DNA of 64,000 nt from an uncultured Acidobacteriota bacterium (GTDB taxonomy: Bacteria > Acidobacteriota > JAQAZP01). The stretch is taken from assembly GCA_963836075.1 (NCBI GenBank), contig CAWIIB010000009.1, positions 1,024,001 through 1,088,000 of the forward strand, read 5' to 3'. Of this stretch, positions 12,162 through 23,100 are shown one piece after another. The notes under the pieces are model-generated. The model saw nothing but the letters and a program-made list of their open reading frames with translations. It had not been told where the DNA came from and did not search any database. Position 1 is the first letter of the stretch, and each line of letters begins with the position of its first letter. Made by a program: the position numbers and the translations under genes.

Positions 12162-13916
12162 TTACAGGGAAGTATCCTCCTGGTCCTCCGGCGGGGCAGG
12201 TGCCGGGCTCCGGCGGCCGGGGGGTACCACAAGCGGTTCGGGCGGGTCGGCCACGTAGTGCGGCGACATGATCTGCACCCCGTGCTCGTTGAAGATGTCC
12301 TGGATGTTGGCGTGGAGCTGCGAGAGCACCGGGCCGCGGGTTTCCGGCCGCTCGATGACCGCCATCAGCTTGTACTCGGGGTAGTAGTCGGAGAGGCTGG
12401 TCTGCAGCACGAACGGTTTCGGCTCGTTGCGCAGGCCCCCGGTCATTTCCGCCGCCTGCACCAGCATCGCCTCGACCTGCCGCCAGGGCGTGTCGTAGCC
12501 GATGGTGACCACGGTATTGATCCGCACCCCCTCTTCGGCAAAGCGGCTGTAGTTGATCGTCTCCTTGGAGATGACCACCGCGTTGGGCACGGTGACCTCC
12601 TCGCCGGCCACGGTGCGGACCTTGGTCGAGAGCATGCCCAGTTCGAGCACCGTCCCTTCGATATCTCCCACGTGGACGAAGTCGCCCACACGCAGGGCCC
12701 GGGAATACATCAGCATGAAGCCGCTCATCAACTGGTTGACGATGCCGGTGGAGCCGAGGGAGATCACCAACCCGATGAAAACGCTCACCCCCTTGAACGC
12801 GTCGGTGCTGCTGCCCGGGAAGTAGGGGTAGGCCACCACCACGGCCAGCAGCCAGACCGCCGCGGACAGGATGCGCTGGGTGGGTTTGGCGGTTTCGGGG
12901 TGGATCCCGGGGATCAGCAGCCGTTCCATCTCCACCGCGGCGAAGATCGCGTGGATCAGCCGGATCACGAGGCGGGCGAGGAGGAAAATCACCAGGATGG
13001 TGAAGAGGTTGGGCAGGGCGCTGAGAATGCCCCCCCCGATCCAGGCCAACGTTCCGATGAGGAACCCGCCCAGCGCCTCGCCCCAGGGACGGGTGAAGGG
13101 GAAGAGTTCCAGCACCCGGGTGAGCCAGATGTAGGTCAGCATAAGCACGGCGGCCAGGTAGACCAGCCCCACCACCCGCCGGACAACAGAGATGATCTTG
13201 GCCCGCTGCGCTCTTTCCTGGGCGATCTTGCCCGCGAACGACTTCTGCAGCCCCTTGCCGGTCTGCTTGAGAAACTGTTTTTCGATGATCCGCCGGAGCC
13301 GGTGGAGCAGCCAGAGCAGGAAGCCGAAGAGGAGCGTCAAAACCACGGCACGGGCCACCCGGAAAAGGAGTTGTTTCGGCAGCAGGAGCTCTTCCGCCTC
13401 GGTGATGGCCAGTTCGAGGTTGTTCTTCGCCTCGGCCGCCCGCCCCTCCAATGTCTCACCGGCGATCAGGTCCAGGTCGGCTTCCACGACGGCGAAGATC
13501 GGTTGTCCGGCAATGCGGATCAGGATCGCCCGGCCGATGTTCAGGAGATCCACCGGACCGGTGACCCGGTTCTCCATCTGCTCGTTGATTCGCATGGCTG
13601 CCTGCGCGGCCCGCAACTCCGGTGACGCCCCGGTGACTTCGGCCCGGAAAAGGGTGATATCGCGGTTCATGAAGGTCAGCGTCGCGTACTGGTTGGCGGG
13701 CGCCCGCACCACCATGCTTTCCGGGAGGACGAACCCGGACGGCTCTTTCCCGGCGGGTTGCTGTTGGCCGGACTCGGCTTGAACGGCGTCGGGCCGCTGC
13801 GGATCGGGTGGAGGTTCCTGGGCCGTCAGGCAGGCGCCTGAAAGTACGACAATGAGAGCGAACAGCAGTGCCGGCAGACGGATAAGTGCCGATGGATTCT
13901 TGCGAGACATGTTCAC
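12162..13916 (-). CDS. MscS family mechanosensitive channel with periplasmic N-terminal extension
   Basis: Several TM helices; NQLMSGFML.YSRALRVGDFV, G.V..LG..ST, VPN, IGYD core motifs. Confidence 0.88.
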   Translation of the reverse strand: MNMSRKNPSALIRLPALLFALIVVLSGACLTAQEPPPDPQRPDAVQAESGQQQPAGKEPSGFVLPESMVVRAPANQYATLTFMNRDITLFRAEVTGASPELRAAQAAMRINEQMENRVTGPVDLLNIGRAILIRIAGQPIFAVVEADLDLIAGETLEGRAAEAKNNLELAITEAEELLLPKQLLFRVARAVVLTLLFGFLLWLLHRLRRIIEKQFLKQTGKGLQKSFAGKIAQERAQRAKIISVVRRVVGLVYLAAVLMLTYIWLTRVLELFPFTRPWGEALGGFLIGTLAWIGGGILSALPNLFTILVIFLLARLVIRLIHAIFAAVEMERLLIPGIHPETAKPTQRILSAAVWLLAVVVAYPYFPGSSTDAFKGVSVFIGLVISLGSTGIVNQLMSGFMLMYSRALRVGDFVHVGDIEGTVLELGMLSTKVRTVAGEEVTVPNAVVISKETINYSRFAEEGVRINTVVTIGYDTPWRQVEAMLVQAAEMTGGLRNEPKPFVLQTSLSDYYPEYKLMAVIERPETRGPVLSQLHANIQDIFNEHGVQIMSPHYVADPPEPLVVPPGRRSPAPAPPEDQEDTSL

Positions 13917-13952
13917 CCCCTTGAAGAAATCAAAAAACGGTGACTTCCACCG

Positions 13953-14028
13953 GAGTAATTGGGGACGGTGACCTATTTAATCAGGACAATATTGTAAGTA
14001 ACAATTAGGTCACTGTCCCCAATTATTC
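13953..14028. repeat. Intergenic inverted repeat (REP-pair-like hairpin)
   Basis: TAATTGGGGACGGTGACCTA (13956-13975) pairs with TAGGTCACTGTCCCCAATTA (14006-14025), 19/20 plus one G-T, AT-rich 30-nt loop. Confidence 0.8.
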
Positions 14029-16176
14029 TTATTTCCTCCGTCCACCGCCCCGCGGCGCCGACGGCCGGCTGGGCATGCTGCGCGGCGCGCTGCGCGGCGG
14101 AGCGCTCATGCCGCGCGACTGGCCCCGGGAACGGGCGCTGGGCTGCCTCGACGTTTTCGGGCTGCTGGGCGCCTTGCTCGGCTGCCAGCTGCTGCCCTTG
14201 CGCTGGTCCCAACTGCCGCCGGGGTTACTGCGGTAGACATTGCCCCGGGGGTCGGTCACCAGGTTGTTCGGCTTGCCTGCAGCGGTGCCCGGACGGGTCC
14301 CAGGTGTGGCCGTCGGCTGTTTCGCCATCCTGTTCGCATTCTGGTTCTTGGCATAGATGTTGTTTCTCGGCGCCGCGGCAGGCAGTGTGCCGGGCTTGGC
14401 CCCCGGGGTGCCCGGTTTTGATCCCGGCGGCCGGGCCGACGGCGGTTTGACCGACGGCGGCCGGTTCCCGCCGTTTGGTGGGCGGTATCCCGGCGGCCGG
14501 TGGTGCGGCGGACGGTATGGCGGGTAGTAGGGCCGGCGCCAGCCGCCCGGTCCCCACCAGCCGTAGCGGCCCCAGCCGTGACCCACGCTGATGCGGAATG
14601 GCCCGTAACCCCAGCTGACCCCGAAGCCCCAGCCGTACCAGGGACTGTAGGTGGCGTGAAAACCCCAGGTGCAGGGCCGCGGGTAGTAGTAGCGGCCGTA
14701 CCAGCCGGGGTAGTACCAGCCGGTGCCGTAGACCACGCAGCCGCCATAGGCGTAGCTGCCCATGTAGCCCGGCGTGTACCCGGTGTAGACCACGGTGGGC
14801 GTCACGTCATAGACCCTGACGTAGGTCACGTTGTGGTGCGGGTTCGACGCTGGGATGTCGTAAATCGTGGAGGGGATCTCGGTGGCCACCGCCCAGGGCC
14901 CGGTGGCCGCCCCGGAGACATACCAGACTCCCTGGTCGCAGCAGTAGTAGAGCGTTCCCGCCTTGAACACCGACTGGGGGGAGTTGACCGCGTACTGCGC
15001 GCTGGCCTCCTCGATGTTCTCGAATTTCGGTGTGCCGTCGTATTCCACGTTCAGCGAACTGTCGCTGCGGTCGATGGCCGCGGTCTGGGGGATCAGGTTG
15101 TCCATCATCGCTTCCCGGGCCTGGTCGGTCCCCGGGACGTGGGCCAGCACGTCGGAGATTTCGGAATCGGCCGGGATCCGGGCGAAGTCCTCGGGGAGCT
15201 GGCCGGGATCGACGAAGCGGAAGGGCCCTTCCAGCGATTTATCGCTGAGATACCAGCGGCCGGAGAGGAGCACGAAGTGCTTCTGCGATTTGGTGTCGAC
15301 GATGATCATGCTCTCGGTGTTGGTCACGTAGAGCAGGTCGAGGTCGGCCACCGGGGCATATTCCGGCGCACCCTCGGTGACGATCAGCTCGGTGGGGCCG
15401 GTGACCACCAGCACCGCCGGTATGATGTCGTCGTCGTCCTCCACCTCTTCCTTCTCTTCCTCGGTGAGCAGCGCCTTGACCTCTTTGGGCACCCGGTTCG
15501 TAGGGGAATAGGGGCCCAGCACCTGGGTGGCGGAGAACCAGAGCTTTCCTCCGCCGCTGAGGTAGTAACTCTCCTTCTTCGGGTGCCAGGCGATGAGGTT
15601 CGGACTGTTTACCACCCGCTCGACCTTCTTTTTGGCTGATTTTTCCGGCATGGTCACCGGCTGCTGACGGGGCTCCCCGTCGATGTAGACCAGCAGGGTC
15701 GGTTCGGTAGCGGTGAGGATGTCCGGCGGGTCGTGCTTGAGCCCTTCGTCGCGGATCTCCTCGTGATCGGCCAGCTCCAGCAGCGTGATCAGGCTGTCCA
15801 GCGACTCTTCCATGTCCCAGGTGGGGATTTCCTTCTCCAGCAGGTCGGCCAGCGCCTGTTTGTCTTCCTCGCTGGCCTCGGGGAAGCGGACGTCGGGAAT
15901 TTTGATCTCCCGCAGCTTGACCGTGCGGTTGTCCCGGTCCACCTCCATGCGTGCGGTAATCCAGACGGCGCCGAAGTGCGGTTCGGTCTCACCGGTCAGG
16001 GTCACCGAAACGGCGGCCCGGGCCTGGATGTCATTGGCGGTCAGTTCCTCCACCTGCGGTTCGTAGATGGTGATCAGGGCCTTGGGGACCTGGACCTCCC
16101 GCGGCCAGTCCGATGCCGCGGCCAGGACCGTGACCGGGGCCAGCAGCAGGATGAGGATCAGTGATTTCCAGTTCAT
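14029..16176 (-). CDS. Secreted protein with W/Y/G-rich segment and Pro/Arg/Gly low-complexity tail (possible carbohydrate-binding family)
   Basis: Signal peptide, GGAG RBS, repeated W(Y/F)....GP(W/F/Y) motifs, YGTGWYYP segment, disordered C-terminus. Confidence 0.7.
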   Translation of the reverse strand: MNWKSLILILLLAPVTVLAAASDWPREVQVPKALITIYEPQVEELTANDIQARAAVSVTLTGETEPHFGAVWITARMEVDRDNRTVKLREIKIPDVRFPEASEEDKQALADLLEKEIPTWDMEESLDSLITLLELADHEEIRDEGLKHDPPDILTATEPTLLVYIDGEPRQQPVTMPEKSAKKKVERVVNSPNLIAWHPKKESYYLSGGGKLWFSATQVLGPYSPTNRVPKEVKALLTEEEKEEVEDDDDIIPAVLVVTGPTELIVTEGAPEYAPVADLDLLYVTNTESMIIVDTKSQKHFVLLSGRWYLSDKSLEGPFRFVDPGQLPEDFARIPADSEISDVLAHVPGTDQAREAMMDNLIPQTAAIDRSDSSLNVEYDGTPKFENIEEASAQYAVNSPQSVFKAGTLYYCCDQGVWYVSGAATGPWAVATEIPSTIYDIPASNPHHNVTYVRVYDVTPTVVYTGYTPGYMGSYAYGGCVVYGTGWYYPGWYGRYYYPRPCTWGFHATYSPWYGWGFGVSWGYGPFRISVGHGWGRYGWWGPGGWRRPYYPPYRPPHHRPPGYRPPNGGNRPPSVKPPSARPPGSKPGTPGAKPGTLPAAAPRNNIYAKNQNANRMAKQPTATPGTRPGTAAGKPNNLVTDPRGNVYRSNPGGSWDQRKGSSWQPSKAPSSPKTSRQPSARSRGQSRGMSAPPRSAPRSMPSRPSAPRGGGRRK

Positions 16177-16372
16177 TTATTGCATGCTCCTCGATAGGGA
16201 TGCCGGTGGCGGGTGGTTGGAAGTGAAAAACCGCCCCGATCCGGCTGGTATATTCATCGATGGAAGTTAGCCCAGGCAATGAATATAGCATAAAAAACGA
16301 AATCCACGGGGAATCTTCACCAAAGCGCCAGGGGGGCCGCACTCTCTTCCGGGCCTGTTGCTGCAAGGGATT

Positions 16373-17437
16373 CTAGAAGACCAGCGCTTTGACGGCGGCC
16401 ACGACAAAGAGGGCCGGGTAGACGACCCGGGCCCAGAGATCGATGCGCAGGGCCAGGTCCTCGCGGCCGTCCTTGGCCAGCCGGCTGGTGAGCACGGCTT
16501 CGCCCAGGGCGGAGAAGACCAGCACCGCACAGAGAAGCACCATCTGGTCGGCCCGGGTGAGGTAGCTGACCCGGGGCACCATCTGGCGCAGGCTGAGCAG
16601 GAAGGCGATGAGGGTGAAGGTGGCGGCGGTGGAGAGGCCCACCTGGGGGGCGAAGTGCTCGGGGTTGATCCAGAAAACGGTCCAGGCCATGAAGACGATG
16701 AGCATCAGGGGGATGAAGCCGTTCCAGATGTAGTAGGCGGTCTCCCGCTGGACGATCAGGCTGTAATCGAGGCGCGGCCTCTTGATCCTCCCGCCCCCCA
16801 GAATATCAACTCCGTCCCGGGTTTCCGTGCCCGTGGCGTCCCAGCCGGTCAGGGAAAGCCTTTCGCTGACGCTGGTGAACTGCTCGTCCAGCACCAGGTC
16901 CACCTCGTCGGGCTCGTACCGCAGAGACACCAGGGAAATGGGCAGGGTCTGCCGGTCGAAGGGGAAGTCCTGCAGGTGCAGCGGTGCCACCAGCTCGCCG
17001 CTGTATCGGTTGACCGTGCGGACATTGCCCTCGGCGTCCACCTCCACCAGGTCCTGGTAGTGGCTTTTCAGGTCGCGCTGGTTCAGCAGATCGACCGCGG
17101 GGTGCCAGATGTCGGACCTGGTGATGGTGCAGTTTTCCAGGGAGTAGCCCAGCGCCTGGACGGAGAGCCGGGGGTCGCGCCACTTGACGGCGACGGCGAA
17201 ATCAGCGGTGAACTGTTGGGAGGTGTCGCTCAGCTCGAAGATGTCGATGACCACGATGCCCACCTCCACCCGGGTGGGCGGCCCCTCGGGGTCGGGACGT
17301 GTCTTGGTCAGGATGGTGGGAACGGTGCAGTCCTGCGCCCGGACCGGGACGGCGGCGAACAGGCTGAGGACCAGCAGAAAGCTGAGTATCCCCGAAGTCA
17401 CACAAACAGATATGACCGATTCATTTCTGGCCCTCAT
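16373..17437 (-). CDS. Pentameric ligand-gated ion channel homologue (GLIC/ELIC-like)
   Basis: Signal peptide; W.DPRL, IWHP, L.DFPFDRQ Pro-loop, pre-M1 Arg, four TM helices, PRVSYLT M2-M3 loop. Confidence 0.88.
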   Translation of the reverse strand: MRARNESVISVCVTSGILSFLLVLSLFAAVPVRAQDCTVPTILTKTRPDPEGPPTRVEVGIVVIDIFELSDTSQQFTADFAVAVKWRDPRLSVQALGYSLENCTITRSDIWHPAVDLLNQRDLKSHYQDLVEVDAEGNVRTVNRYSGELVAPLHLQDFPFDRQTLPISLVSLRYEPDEVDLVLDEQFTSVSERLSLTGWDATGTETRDGVDILGGGRIKRPRLDYSLIVQRETAYYIWNGFIPLMLIVFMAWTVFWINPEHFAPQVGLSTAATFTLIAFLLSLRQMVPRVSYLTRADQMVLLCAVLVFSALGEAVLTSRLAKDGREDLALRIDLWARVVYPALFVVAAVKALVF

Positions 17438-17549
17438 TGCCTGTACAGTCTGAAGGTAACCGATATCAATGGTATAGTAATCAGGTAATACCTGACAACT
17501 TGATCATCATCGATCGGCTTGTATCTATTGAATAGAGGAGGATCATTCC

Positions 17550-18011
17550 ATGAGGAGACTTGTGGTTTTATTGATCGCCCTGGGCCTGGCCGTGACCGGC
17601 CCGGCGGCGGCACAGACGGAACCGGGTACCGCTGAAACCATCGGCGCCATACAGCTGGAAAAGCAGGCCATCGTCGAGCAGACCATGGAGATCACCTCCA
17701 CCCAGGCCGAAAAGTTCTGGCCGCTCTACCTCGAATACGAGAATGCCCGCCGGGGAATCAGCGATCGAATGGCGAAGCTGATTGACGATTATCTCGCCCA
17801 GTACGACCGGCTGACCAATGATTATGCGGAAACCGTGCTGGCCGACTACCTGGACATCGAGCAGGACCGGCTCAAGCTGAAAAAGCAATACATCAAGAAG
17901 TTCCGCAAGGTGCTCACCTCGAGACAGACGGCACGGTTCTTCCAGCTGGAGAACAAGCTGGAAGCGATGACCCGGGCCGAACTTGCCACTGAAATTCCCC
18001 TGGTGCGCTGA
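17550..18011 (+). CDS. Secreted alpha-helical hypothetical protein
   Basis: GAGGAGG RBS, signal peptide, KFWPLY.EY motif; abuts mltF-like gene. Confidence 0.75.
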   Translation: MRRLVVLLIALGLAVTGPAAAQTEPGTAETIGAIQLEKQAIVEQTMEITSTQAEKFWPLYLEYENARRGISDRMAKLIDDYLAQYDRLTNDYAETVLADYLDIEQDRLKLKKQYIKKFRKVLTSRQTARFFQLENKLEAMTRAELATEIPLVR

Positions 18012-19529
18012 ATGAGAAAAACCACAAGCCTGGTAGCGACTCTGATTCTGATCCTTCCCCTGCTGCTGCTTCCGGCGTGCTCATCACCGGAGGGTGATGA
18101 CGACATCATTGCGGCTCTCCCTGACGAGTTCGGGGCGGAAGACGGCAGGATGATGGCCTCGCCCGAAGACATCAACCGCGAGGACGCTCTCTTCGAGCGA
18201 CTGTACCAGCCGTTCCACGGCGACCTGGACGGGATGAAAAAGAGAAACGCGATCCGCGTGCTGGTCAGCTTCAGCAAGACCAACTATTTCTTCCACAAGG
18301 GCCGGGCCCGGGGGTTCGAATACGAATTGCTCAAGGAATGGGAAAAGGGGCTGAACAAGGGAGTGACACGGGAGGCGGACCGGACACACCTTGTCTTCAT
18401 TCCCACCCCGTTCAACCGGTTGTTCACCGACCTGGCCGAGGGCCGGGGGGACATGGCCGCCGCCGGTCTGACCATCACCCCGGAGCGGCAGGCGATGGCC
18501 GACTTCACCCCGCCGTACATCCCCAAGGTCTCGGAAGTGGTGGTGGCCCACAAGGGTGTGGAGGGGGTCGGGGCCCTGGAAGACCTGGCCGGACGAGAGT
18601 TTTACGTGCGGCCCGGGAGCAGTTACGTCACCCACCTCGAGGAGTTGAACCGGCAGCTCGGGGAGCAGGGACAGAAAAAGGTGAAGATCCGGCCGGCCGA
18701 CAGGAATCTGGCCACCGAGGACATTCTCGAGCTGGTCAACGCCGGGGTAGTGCAGCTCACCGTGGCCGACCGGCACATCGCTGAACTGTGGGCCGGTGTG
18801 CTGCCCGACCTGGTGGTCCGCGATGACCTGGTGATCCACGAGGGCGGCGGCATCGGCTGGGCGGTGCGCAAGAAGTGCCCCCAGTTGCTGGGCAGTCTCG
18901 ACAGCTTTGCCAAGAAGAACCGCAAGGGCTCAATGCTGGGCAATATGCTCTTCAAGCGTTACTACCGCAACAGCGAGTGGATCAAGAACCCGGTTTCCGC
19001 GGAAGAGAGGAAGAAGCTGGATAACTTGATTGTCCTTTTCCAGAATTACGGCGACCAGTACAGTTTTGACTGGCTGGCCCTGGCCGCCCAGGCCTACCAG
19101 GAATCGGAGCTGAACCACAACCGCCGGAGCCGTGCCGGGGCGGTGGGGATCATGCAGATCAAGCCCAGCACCGCCGCGGACAAGGCGGTGGGCATCAACG
19201 ACGTTCACGACCTGGAGAACAACATCCACGCCGGCACCAGGTATCTCGACTACCTGCGCCAGCGCTATTTCAGCGACCCGGAGATGGACCCGACGGACCG
19301 GGTCTTCTTTTCCTGGGCCGCGTACAACGCCGGGCCGGGCAACATCGTCAAGGCCCGGAGCAGTGCGGCGAAGCAGGGCCTTGATCCCAACCTCTGGTAC
19401 TACAACGTGGAGAAGGTTGTGGCCCGCCAGGTGAGCGAGGAGACGGTGCGCTACGTGGACAACATCAACAAGTACTACGTGGCCTACCGCCTGGCCTTTG
19501 AGACGCGGCTGGCAAAAACCGACGATTAG
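18012..19529 (+). CDS. mltF: MltF-like lytic transglycosylase with substrate-binding domain, lipoprotein
   Basis: Lipobox LPAC; RGFEYEL, AAAGLTITPER SBP domain; AYQES, GAVGIMQI, AYNAG SLT motifs. Confidence 0.85.
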   Translation: MRKTTSLVATLILILPLLLLPACSSPEGDDDIIAALPDEFGAEDGRMMASPEDINREDALFERLYQPFHGDLDGMKKRNAIRVLVSFSKTNYFFHKGRARGFEYELLKEWEKGLNKGVTREADRTHLVFIPTPFNRLFTDLAEGRGDMAAAGLTITPERQAMADFTPPYIPKVSEVVVAHKGVEGVGALEDLAGREFYVRPGSSYVTHLEELNRQLGEQGQKKVKIRPADRNLATEDILELVNAGVVQLTVADRHIAELWAGVLPDLVVRDDLVIHEGGGIGWAVRKKCPQLLGSLDSFAKKNRKGSMLGNMLFKRYYRNSEWIKNPVSAEERKKLDNLIVLFQNYGDQYSFDWLALAAQAYQESELNHNRRSRAGAVGIMQIKPSTAADKAVGINDVHDLENNIHAGTRYLDYLRQRYFSDPEMDPTDRVFFSWAAYNAGPGNIVKARSSAAKQGLDPNLWYYNVEKVVARQVSEETVRYVDNINKYYVAYRLAFETRLAKTDD

Positions 19530-19594
19530 TGGCAGCGCAGGGGACGCATGCAGTCGTGAGCATGAGGGGCGGGTTGTCTCTCGTCAGCCCCGGC

Positions 19595-19798
19595 TCATTC
19601 CCTCCGCTGCATCATCAACAGGCTGATCAGGTAGGCCGCCACCACGGCCATGGCGATGAGGAATATAATCGTGTTCAGGTCGGCACCGAACAGTGGTCCG
19701 AACAGGATGATGGTCAGCAGCACCACCAGCAGTATGGCGTGACGCAGTGTGCGTTGTTGCCGGCCACCAGTGGTATTGCTGTCAGCGGTCTTATTCAT
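19595..19798 (-). CDS. Small two-TM membrane protein
   Basis: Two hydrophobic helices after MNKTAD; start uncertain. Confidence 0.4.
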   Translation of the reverse strand: MNKTADSNTTGGRQQRTLRHAILLVVLLTIILFGPLFGADLNTIIFLIAMAVVAAYLISLLMMQRRE

Positions 19799-20189
19799 GA
19801 TTCTCGGCCACTCCCCGGGATGGTCCACCGTAAATTCAGCCGCAAGCCATGTCCGATCTGACATTGCTCACGGATACGGCATTCCAGGTGATGAAAACCG
19901 GCGGCGTCCAGGGATGCCCCTCGGAACACCTTGGCAACGTCGATGCGGCAGGTGTGCACCGGCGGTGGTGAGGTGGATTTGGGCATCAAATTGGACCCTT
20001 TGATCAACGTCCTCGCTACGAAACCGCTCGGCGCCCGCTGACCGGCCTTTCGGAAACCGTGCCATGCCCGCTGGCCGACCGCGAGGCGTCCTGCCGGTGG
20101 GCTGCAAAGAAGCCTTCATCGATGGAAGCCGGGTTGCCCGCGGCGAGCCCCGAATGGGTCTGTTTTAATGCCCGGTGCCGTCGGGGTGT

Positions 20190-23100
20190 TTATCGCGTTC
20201 CTGCGGCATTATCACCATTCTCGCGATACCGGGAAGGGGCCACTCCGAACTCGTCCTTGAAGTTGCTCGAGAAGTGGGAAATGCTCTTGAACCCCACGGT
20301 GTAGGCCACCTCGGCCACGTTGCCGTAGCCCTGGGCCAGCAGCTGGGCCGCCCGGCGCAGCCGCTGGCGCCGGATGACATAGCTGGCCGAATGCCCGGTG
20401 AGGGCTTTCAGCTTGCGGTGCAGCTGGGTGCGGCTCAGGCCCACCTCGCGGGCGAATACCTCCACATTGAAATTTTCGTCCTCCATCTTCTCCTCCACCA
20501 CCTCCAGGATTCGGGCGAGGAAGCGGTCGTTCTGGCTGACCAGGGGCAGGTCGAGCACCGGCAGCAGGTCGAGGTTGTTGTTGTACTTGCGGCGCAGCCG
20601 GGCCCGCTGCTCGATGAGGTTGGCGGCGCGGATGCGCAATTCTTCCGGGTCCAGCGGCTTGGAGAGGTAGTCGTCGGCGCCGGTCCGCAGTCCCTCCTTG
20701 CGGCTTTCCGCGTCGGCTTTGGCGGTGAGCAGGATCACCGGCACGTGGTCAGTGGCCGGGTCGCTCTTCAGCCGGGCCAGCAGTTCGAAGCCGTCCATCT
20801 TCGGCATCATCACGTCGCTGATCACCAGATCCGGCACGTGGCTCCGTGCCGCCTCCAGGCCAGCTGCTCCGTCGGCGGCGGTGACGATCCGGTACTGGCC
20901 ACCCAGCTCCCCCGACAGGAAAGAACGCAGATCGACGTGGTCCTCCACGATGAGCACCAGCGGCCGGGCCGGGGCCTCTCCTCCGGCGTCGCCTGAGTCG
21001 TCGTCGCCAGCGGGAGCAGGCGGTTCAGCGGCCGCCTCGGCCAGGGTCCGGCTGCGCTGCAGGGCCTCGTTCTGATCGCGATCCTCCGCCAGGGCGGTCA
21101 CCGCCGCTGGCACGGCACCAGCCACCGGCGTGGTGATCAACGGCAGGTTGACCCAGAAAGACGTCTCCCGGCCCGAGGCGGAGTGAACTCCCGCCGAGCC
21201 GCCCATGAAGTCCACCAGTTCCTTGACCAGGGCCAGGCCGATGCCGCTGCCCACGTTCCCGTCCATGCTCGTGGAGGCCGCCTTGATGAAACGGTCGAAG
21301 ACCCGATCCTGGTCATCGGGTTCGATATAGGTGCCGGTGTTGGCCACCACGATGGTCATCTCGCAGCAGGAGACGTCACCCTCCAGGCCCAGCCGGTCGC
21401 GGTCGCCCGCGGGCAGGGGGAACTCTCCACCCAGCTGCAGCTGCAGGTTCACGCTCTCCCCCTCGGGCGCATAGCGCAGCGCGTTGGACAGCAGGTTGGC
21501 CACTACCGTTTCCACCACGTTTCGGTCGAACCAGCAGTGGACCGCCCTGTCCGGCAGGTCGGTTTCAAAGTTGATGTTACGGGTCTCGGCGATGTAGGCA
21601 AATGGTGAGCTGACCGCGCCCACGAACCCCACCACATCGTCGCTGTGCCATTTCAGGATCAGGCTCCCCGATTCCAGCCGTGCCAGGTCGAGCAATTGCT
21701 CCACGAGAATACGCAGCCGCCGGGTGTTGCGCATGACGATCTCGTAGTCCTCGGTGCCGGAGCTGCCCGGGTTCTCCTGGCTGCGGCGCAGCAATCCTTC
21801 GATCAGGGTCAGCGGGGTGCGGAACTCGTGGGAGATGTTGGCGAAGAAGCGGGATTTGACCCGGTCCAGTTCTTCGAGTTTCTCCACTTCCGCCTTGCGC
21901 AGTTGCAGTATTTCGGTGTACCTGGCACGCCGCAGCAGGGTACGGAAGACCAGGGCCAGCAGGAGCAGCGCGGCCAGCGTGTAGACCACGTAGGCCAGCG
22001 GTGAAGCCCACCAGGGATGCCGCACGCGCACCGACAGTGAGGCGCTGCGAGAGCTCCAGACACCATCGCGGTTGGTGCCCTCCACTTCGAAGGTATAGCT
22101 GCCCGGCGAAAGATTGGTGTAGGTGACAGCGGGAACGGCTTCGGGAATTCGCCAGCCGGCATCGTAGCCCCGCAGGCGGTAGCGGTAGCGCAGCAGATCG
22201 GGCCGGCGGAAATCGAGGCTGGCGAAGGAAAAACCGACTACGTTCTGATCGTGGGCCAGGTCGAGCGAGGGGGCAGCGGTCACGTTCATCGCCAGCGGCG
22301 AGTCCGGCCCGCCGCGCACAGGCTCGTCGAACAGTTTCAGGGCGGTCAACACCACCGCGGGCTCGAAACGGCTGGGGATGAATTGGTCGGGACGGAAGGT
22401 GATCAGACCGCGCAGGCTCGGCAAAAACGCCATCCCGTCCGGGTCCAGCAGGGCGTTGCAGCATTCGTTGTTCGCGGGCAGGCCGTCGAGCGTGTCGAAA
22501 TTGCGGACTGTGCGGGTTTCCGGGTCGAACAGCGACAGGCCGCGGCTGGTGGAGAGCCAGAGGCGACCCCGACCGTCCAGCAGCAGGGTGGTGACCCGGT
22601 CATTGGGCAGGCCGTCACGTTCGGTCAGAGTTTCGAGCACGCGGCCGCTGCCCGTATCGAACAAGATCAGGCCGGACAGGCAGCCCAGCCAGAGCTTGCC
22701 ACCGCCGGCTTCGCGGATATCGTTCACGGAGTAGAGATCCCCCTGCGGCTCGAAGAAACGCTCGAAATCGTCGGTTTCGGGCACGTAGCGGTGCAGCCCG
22801 GCGGTGGAGGTGCCCACCCAGAGCCGGTCGTTGTTGTCACGGAACAGACACATCACCGATCGGGAGCCGAGTGTCCGCTCGTCGTCGGGATCAGTTGCGT
22901 AGTGCCGGGCCAGGGTACCGTCGGGATGCAAACGCCACAGGCCGGAATCACGAGTTCCCAGCCACAGGGCGCCGTCCGGATCGACCAGCAGCGAACGGAT
23001 CGACGTGACTGCCTGCCCGTCCAGCGAGGGATCCTCGATGCGGTGCGGGGTGAAGGTACCGGTGATCCGGTCGTAGGACCAGAGGCCCAAATTCGTGCCG

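Noticed and set aside
20020-20155. Fragments resembling a c-di-GMP-I riboswitch (GCAAAG, AGCCGGGTTGCC)
   Set aside because: The P2 GAAA hairpin is not in the expected place and the plus-strand orientation leads to no downstream gene.
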